A DNA stretch of 64,000 nt from an uncultured Acidobacteriota bacterium (GTDB lineage Bacteria; Acidobacteriota; UBA6911), in assembly GCA_963827655.1 (NCBI GenBank), contig CAWHCF010000021.1, positions 1 through 64,000 of the forward strand, read 5' to 3'. Shown here piece by piece: positions 60,555 to 64,000 of this stretch; position 1 is the stretch's first letter, and the number at the start of each line of letters is the position of its first letter. The notes under the pieces are model-generated. The model did not search any database. It saw nothing but the letters and a program-made list of their open reading frames with translations, and was not told the DNA's origin. Made by a program: the position numbers and the translations under genes.

Positions 60555-62720
60555 TCAGGCTTTCAGGCCGTTGGGCATCATCGGAAGCGCCCTGAGCCGA
60601 TTGCCCGTGGCATCGAAGATGGCGTTGCTGATGGCCGGAGCCAGCCCGACTATGGGAGCCTCCCCTGCGCCGGCTGACGGAAGATCCCTGCGGTCGACCA
60701 GCACGGTTTGGAGAATCGGAACATCGCCGAAACGCGGGACGCGGTAGCGCGAGAAGCGTGGATTGAGAATCTTTCCGTCCTCAAACTCGATGGCTTCAAA
60801 TAGCGCTCCTCCGAGACCCTGAACCACCGCGCCCTCAACCTGGTTCTTCAGGCCGTCGGGATTGATAATTCCACCGCACTCGAAGGCGGTCACGACGCGC
60901 ACGACCTTCACCTTGCCGGTCGAACGATCCGCCGCAACTTCCGCGCAATTGGCCACGTACCCCCCTTTTTCAAATCCTCCCGCGATTCCATAGCCATGAT
61001 CGGCTGAAACTTTGGCTTTGCCCCACCCGAAGGCTTTGGCTGCCGCGTCAAGCACGGCGCGCAGCCGCTCGTCTTTCAGGTTCTTCAAGCGGAATTCGAG
61101 CGGATCGATCTTCAGGCTTTGCGCCAGCTCATCGATGTGAACTTCACGCGCAAAATGGTTGGCTGTGGCAGCCAGGGCGCGATAAGAACCCTGACGCAAG
61201 GGCGAGCGCGCGGAATGAAATTCGATTCGCTGGTGTGGAATCTCGTAGAGCGGGCGAATGGCCGACGAGCCGGAGTTGTAGTTATGAAACTCCCAGGCCA
61301 GAATCGTGCCGTCTTTGCTCACCGCGCTCGCAATCTCGATCACGCCGGCGGGCCGGAAGTACGCCCAGGTGAATTCTTCTTCGCGCGTCCAGACAAGCTT
61401 GACGGGCTTGCCCGCTCCCTTTGCCAGGCGCGCCGCCTCGAGCGCGGCCTCACCCGTATGCTTGCCGCCGTACCCGGAACCGGTGTCGGGAACAATCACG
61501 CGGATGCGGTCTTCCGGAATTCGAAATGCCGCAGCCAGCTCACTGCGGACCCCAAACGGGCGCTGCGTTCCGGTCCAGACCGTGAGCTTGCCCTCGTTCC
61601 ATTCTGCAACAGCCGCGCGCGGCTCGAGAGGGGCGTGAGCGATATAAGCTACGGTGTAAGTCCGTTCAAACTTCTGATGAGCGGACGCCAGTCCTTCGCC
61701 AATCGAGCCGCGCGTGTAGTTGGAGCGGCCTTCGAATCCCTGAGCCTCGACCGGATTCTTTTTCAAATAATCGAAAAGGTCCCGCCCCGAAGGCTGCGGA
61801 CCCGTTTTCCACTCTGCGCGAATCGCCGCCACTGCCCGTGAGGCCATGGGTTCGCCGGGCGCACAGACGCCGACGAAATCACCATCACGCACGACGGTCA
61901 CACCGCTCAGGCTTTCAGCTTCTCGTATATCAAGGGAAGCGAGCGTGGAGCCGAAGGCGGCAGGGCGCAGAACTTTCCCGTACAACATGCCGGGCCGTTT
62001 CATGTCCGAGGTGTATTGGTGCTTTCCGGTGACGATCTCGCGGCCATTGACCTTGGGCACCGCCTTTCCGGCAATCTGCCATCGATCCGGAGGCGTGATC
62101 GGCGCGCTTTCACTCATCGTCTTCGTGAGCTTCTGGCCTTGGCTGAGTTGTCCGAAGGTGAACGACTGTCGGGTCGGAGGGTGTGTGACCTTCCCATCGG
62201 CCGCCACAAGCGAGCTTCGGTCTACCTTCAAGCGCTCTGCAGCCAGATCCGTCAGCAACTCGCGCGCGACGGCGGCCACCTTGCGCAGTTGCGGGCTCAT
62301 GGTCGGCGTGGTCCTGCTTCCGAACGTCCCCGCATCAAAGGGCGTCAGATCGGTATCACCCATCACCATACGGATGGAAGTCAGGGGCGCGCGCAACTCT
62401 TCTGCGACGACCTGAGTGAGCGACGTGCGGATGTCCTGGCCTACCTCGGCTTTGCCGGTGTAGACCGTCACCACGCCATCCTCTCCGATATGGAGCCAGG
62501 CTCCGATGTCCTGTGGCAGCTGTCGGCCGGGTCCGCGGCCGCGCCCTCCCCCCGACTCTTGCTGAGCCAAGCCTTCTTCGAGCGCGAGGACGATCAGAAT
62601 CCCGCCGCCCATTACCTTGAAAAAATCGCGCCGTGCCAGCTCGAAATGATAAGCAGGCCCAGCAGCCAGCTCGTACCGTTCAGGTTCCAATGAGATTTGA
62701 TCCATCGATCTCTCAGTCAT
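60555..62720 (-). CDS. Xanthine dehydrogenase family Mo-binding subunit (IorB-like), copy 2
   Basis: 'ARRDFF', 'GKAEVGQ', 'HAPLEPR', 'GSGYGG', 'WTREEEF' and 'GAGE'. Confidence 0.92.
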   Translation of the reverse strand: MTERSMDQISLEPERYELAAGPAYHFELARRDFFKVMGGGILIVLALEEGLAQQESGGGRGRGPGRQLPQDIGAWLHIGEDGVVTVYTGKAEVGQDIRTSLTQVVAEELRAPLTSIRMVMGDTDLTPFDAGTFGSRTTPTMSPQLRKVAAVARELLTDLAAERLKVDRSSLVAADGKVTHPPTRQSFTFGQLSQGQKLTKTMSESAPITPPDRWQIAGKAVPKVNGREIVTGKHQYTSDMKRPGMLYGKVLRPAAFGSTLASLDIREAESLSGVTVVRDGDFVGVCAPGEPMASRAVAAIRAEWKTGPQPSGRDLFDYLKKNPVEAQGFEGRSNYTRGSIGEGLASAHQKFERTYTVAYIAHAPLEPRAAVAEWNEGKLTVWTGTQRPFGVRSELAAAFRIPEDRIRVIVPDTGSGYGGKHTGEAALEAARLAKGAGKPVKLVWTREEEFTWAYFRPAGVIEIASAVSKDGTILAWEFHNYNSGSSAIRPLYEIPHQRIEFHSARSPLRQGSYRALAATANHFAREVHIDELAQSLKIDPLEFRLKNLKDERLRAVLDAAAKAFGWGKAKVSADHGYGIAGGFEKGGYVANCAEVAADRSTGKVKVVRVVTAFECGGIINPDGLKNQVEGAVVQGLGGALFEAIEFEDGKILNPRFSRYRVPRFGDVPILQTVLVDRRDLPSAGAGEAPIVGLAPAISNAIFDATGNRLRALPMMPNGLKA

Positions 62721-63201
62721 TGGACACCCCTTTCTGGGCCTTGTCGCCGCTCGTAGCCTGGCGAATGGCCGCCACGATCCGTGGATACGTACCGCAGCGG
62801 CAGATGTTGCCCTCCATCGCGCGCGCGATATCCGGTTCGCTCGGATGGGGATTCTTCTTCAACAAGCCGACGCCCGACATGATCATTCCCGGAATGCAGT
62901 AACCGCACTGCATGGCGCCGGCTTCGAGAAAGGCTGCTTGCAACGGATGCAGCCGGCCGCTCTGCTCCAGGCCTTCGATGGTGGTAACCTGTTTGCCTGC
63001 GATCGCACTCACCTTCGTTACGCAAGACCGCGCAGGTTGCCCGTCGATCAGCACTGTGCAGGCGCCGCACTGCCCCTCGCCACAGCCGTATTTCGCTCCG
63101 GTAAGATCGAGGTCATCGCGCAAGACGCTGAGAAGACTTCTCTCGCTTTCCAGGTCAACGCGCCGTCTGGTTCCGTTGACGCGAAGCTCAATGACCTTCA
63201 T
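62713..63201 (-). CDS. (2Fe-2S)-binding small subunit (IorA/CoxS-like), copy 2
   Basis: 'GAKYGCGEGQCGACTV', 'QCGYC.PG' and 'NICRCGTY'. Confidence 0.93.
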   Translation of the reverse strand: MKVIELRVNGTRRRVDLESERSLLSVLRDDLDLTGAKYGCGEGQCGACTVLIDGQPARSCVTKVSAIAGKQVTTIEGLEQSGRLHPLQAAFLEAGAMQCGYCIPGMIMSGVGLLKKNPHPSEPDIARAMEGNICRCGTYPRIVAAIRQATSGDKAQKGVSND

Positions 63202-63396
63202 AAGAACCCCCCACGGCTCGAGCCGAAGAAATCGTGCCCCAAGCTGCCTCGAATGACCTGACAAGGCGGAAGCCGTCAAGCGCGGGACGCTGTCGAGTGA
63301 ACCACGCGAACGGTCCAGAATTAAGCCCGTCGAATTATAGCGTTGCCATTTGAAAAAGTGTGCTTGAAATTCCAAGCCGCCAGGTAGGTTATAATC

Positions 63397-63421
63397 CCAC
63401 CGCCAGGACGCGAAGACGCCA
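63397..63421 (+). repeat. Nonamer-arm repeat (short)
   Basis: ccaccgccaggacgcgaagacgcca, just after a TATAAT at 63390-63395. Confidence 0.55.
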
Positions 63422-63444
63422 AAAAATCAGGAGGAAATCCAACG

Positions 63445-64000
63445 ATGCCAAATCTCAAGCGATTCTTGTTGCTCCACTGCGGGCTTCTCGGTCTCATTCT
63501 TTCTTCACCCCTGGGCGCTTCCCTCCCGCAGGACTCCGGCTACCTCCGAGACCACTACGAAAAAAAGGATTACATGATACCGATGCGTGATGGTGTGAAG
63601 CTCTTTACCATCGTCTACGCTCCGAAGGACACCTCGCAGAAGTATCCGATCATGCTCTTTCGAACGCCCTATTCGATCGCGCCCTATGGTTCGTCGGATT
63701 ACCCCTCCCGGCTTGGCCCTGCGCCCGAATTCGATCGCGACGGCTACATTTTCGTGTTCCAGGATGTCCGCGGAAAATTCCGATCCGAAGGGGAATTCCT
63801 GGTGATGAAGCCGTACAAGCCGGGGAAGAAAAGCCCGCAGGACACGGATGAGAGCAGCGATACCTATGACACCATCGAGTGGCTCCTAAGGAACCTGCGG
63901 GGTCACAACGGACGCGTGGGACAGTGGGGCATCTCTTACCCCGGATGGCAGACGGTCATGGGAATGATCGACGCTCACCCTGCGCTGAAGGCCTCGTCAC
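63445..64000 (+). CDS. CocE/NonD family hydrolase (3' partial; 5' frameshift)
   Basis: GGAGG SD; 'MIPMRDGVKLFT', 'RTPYS', 'QDVRGKF.SEG', 'DTYDTIEWL' and 'GQWGISYPG' nucleophile elbow. Confidence 0.9.
   Translation, partial: MPNLKRFLLLHCGLLGLILSSPLGASLPQDSGYLRDHYEKKDYMIPMRDGVKLFTIVYAPKDTSQKYPIMLFRTPYSIAPYGSSDYPSRLGPAPEFDRDGYIFVFQDVRGKFRSEGEFLVMKPYKPGKKSPQDTDESSDTYDTIEWLLRNLRGHNGRVGQWGISYPGWQTVMGMIDAHPALKASS

Overview
A GC-rich bacterial chromosomal region whose gene content suggests Acidobacteriota (inference): an Oar-type TonB-dependent receptor, DUF1080 proteins, PD40 and PQQ propellers, and IorAB-type molybdoenzymes. Many otherwise intact genes carry single-base frameshifts, probably uncorrected long-read errors. 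Main blocks, in order: (1) 1-5987, an uncharacterised redox operon (NarI/DsrM-like membrane protein, NasA/FdhF-like Mo-bisPGD enzyme, DmsB-type ferredoxin, membrane-anchored Rieske protein, small membrane protein, SLAC1/TehA channel); (2) a Gfo/Idh/MocA + TonB receptor + DUF1080 glycoside-use locus; (3) a Phd-VapC toxin-antitoxin pair; (4) a divergent citrate synthase / HTH-citrate synthase pair with an operator-like palindrome; (5) OPT transporter, glycosidase-like protein, SDR and sulfatase; (6) a first iorAB-like locus; (7) a tandemly duplicated double-zinc-ribbon gene; (8) an 11-kb glycan locus led by a GH-A/GT2 fusion and an ABC exporter; (9) ybaK-ppc; (10) a second toxin-antitoxin pair, rhaEW, an esterase-lactonase, a second iorAB-like locus and a partial CocE/NonD hydrolase. 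Intergenic spaces hold at least three families of short repeats: heptamer-arm palindromes, about 15 nonamer-arm elements, and a two-hairpin MITE-like element. Some copies supply gene termini. I found no rRNA, tRNA, CRISPR array or intact transposase.
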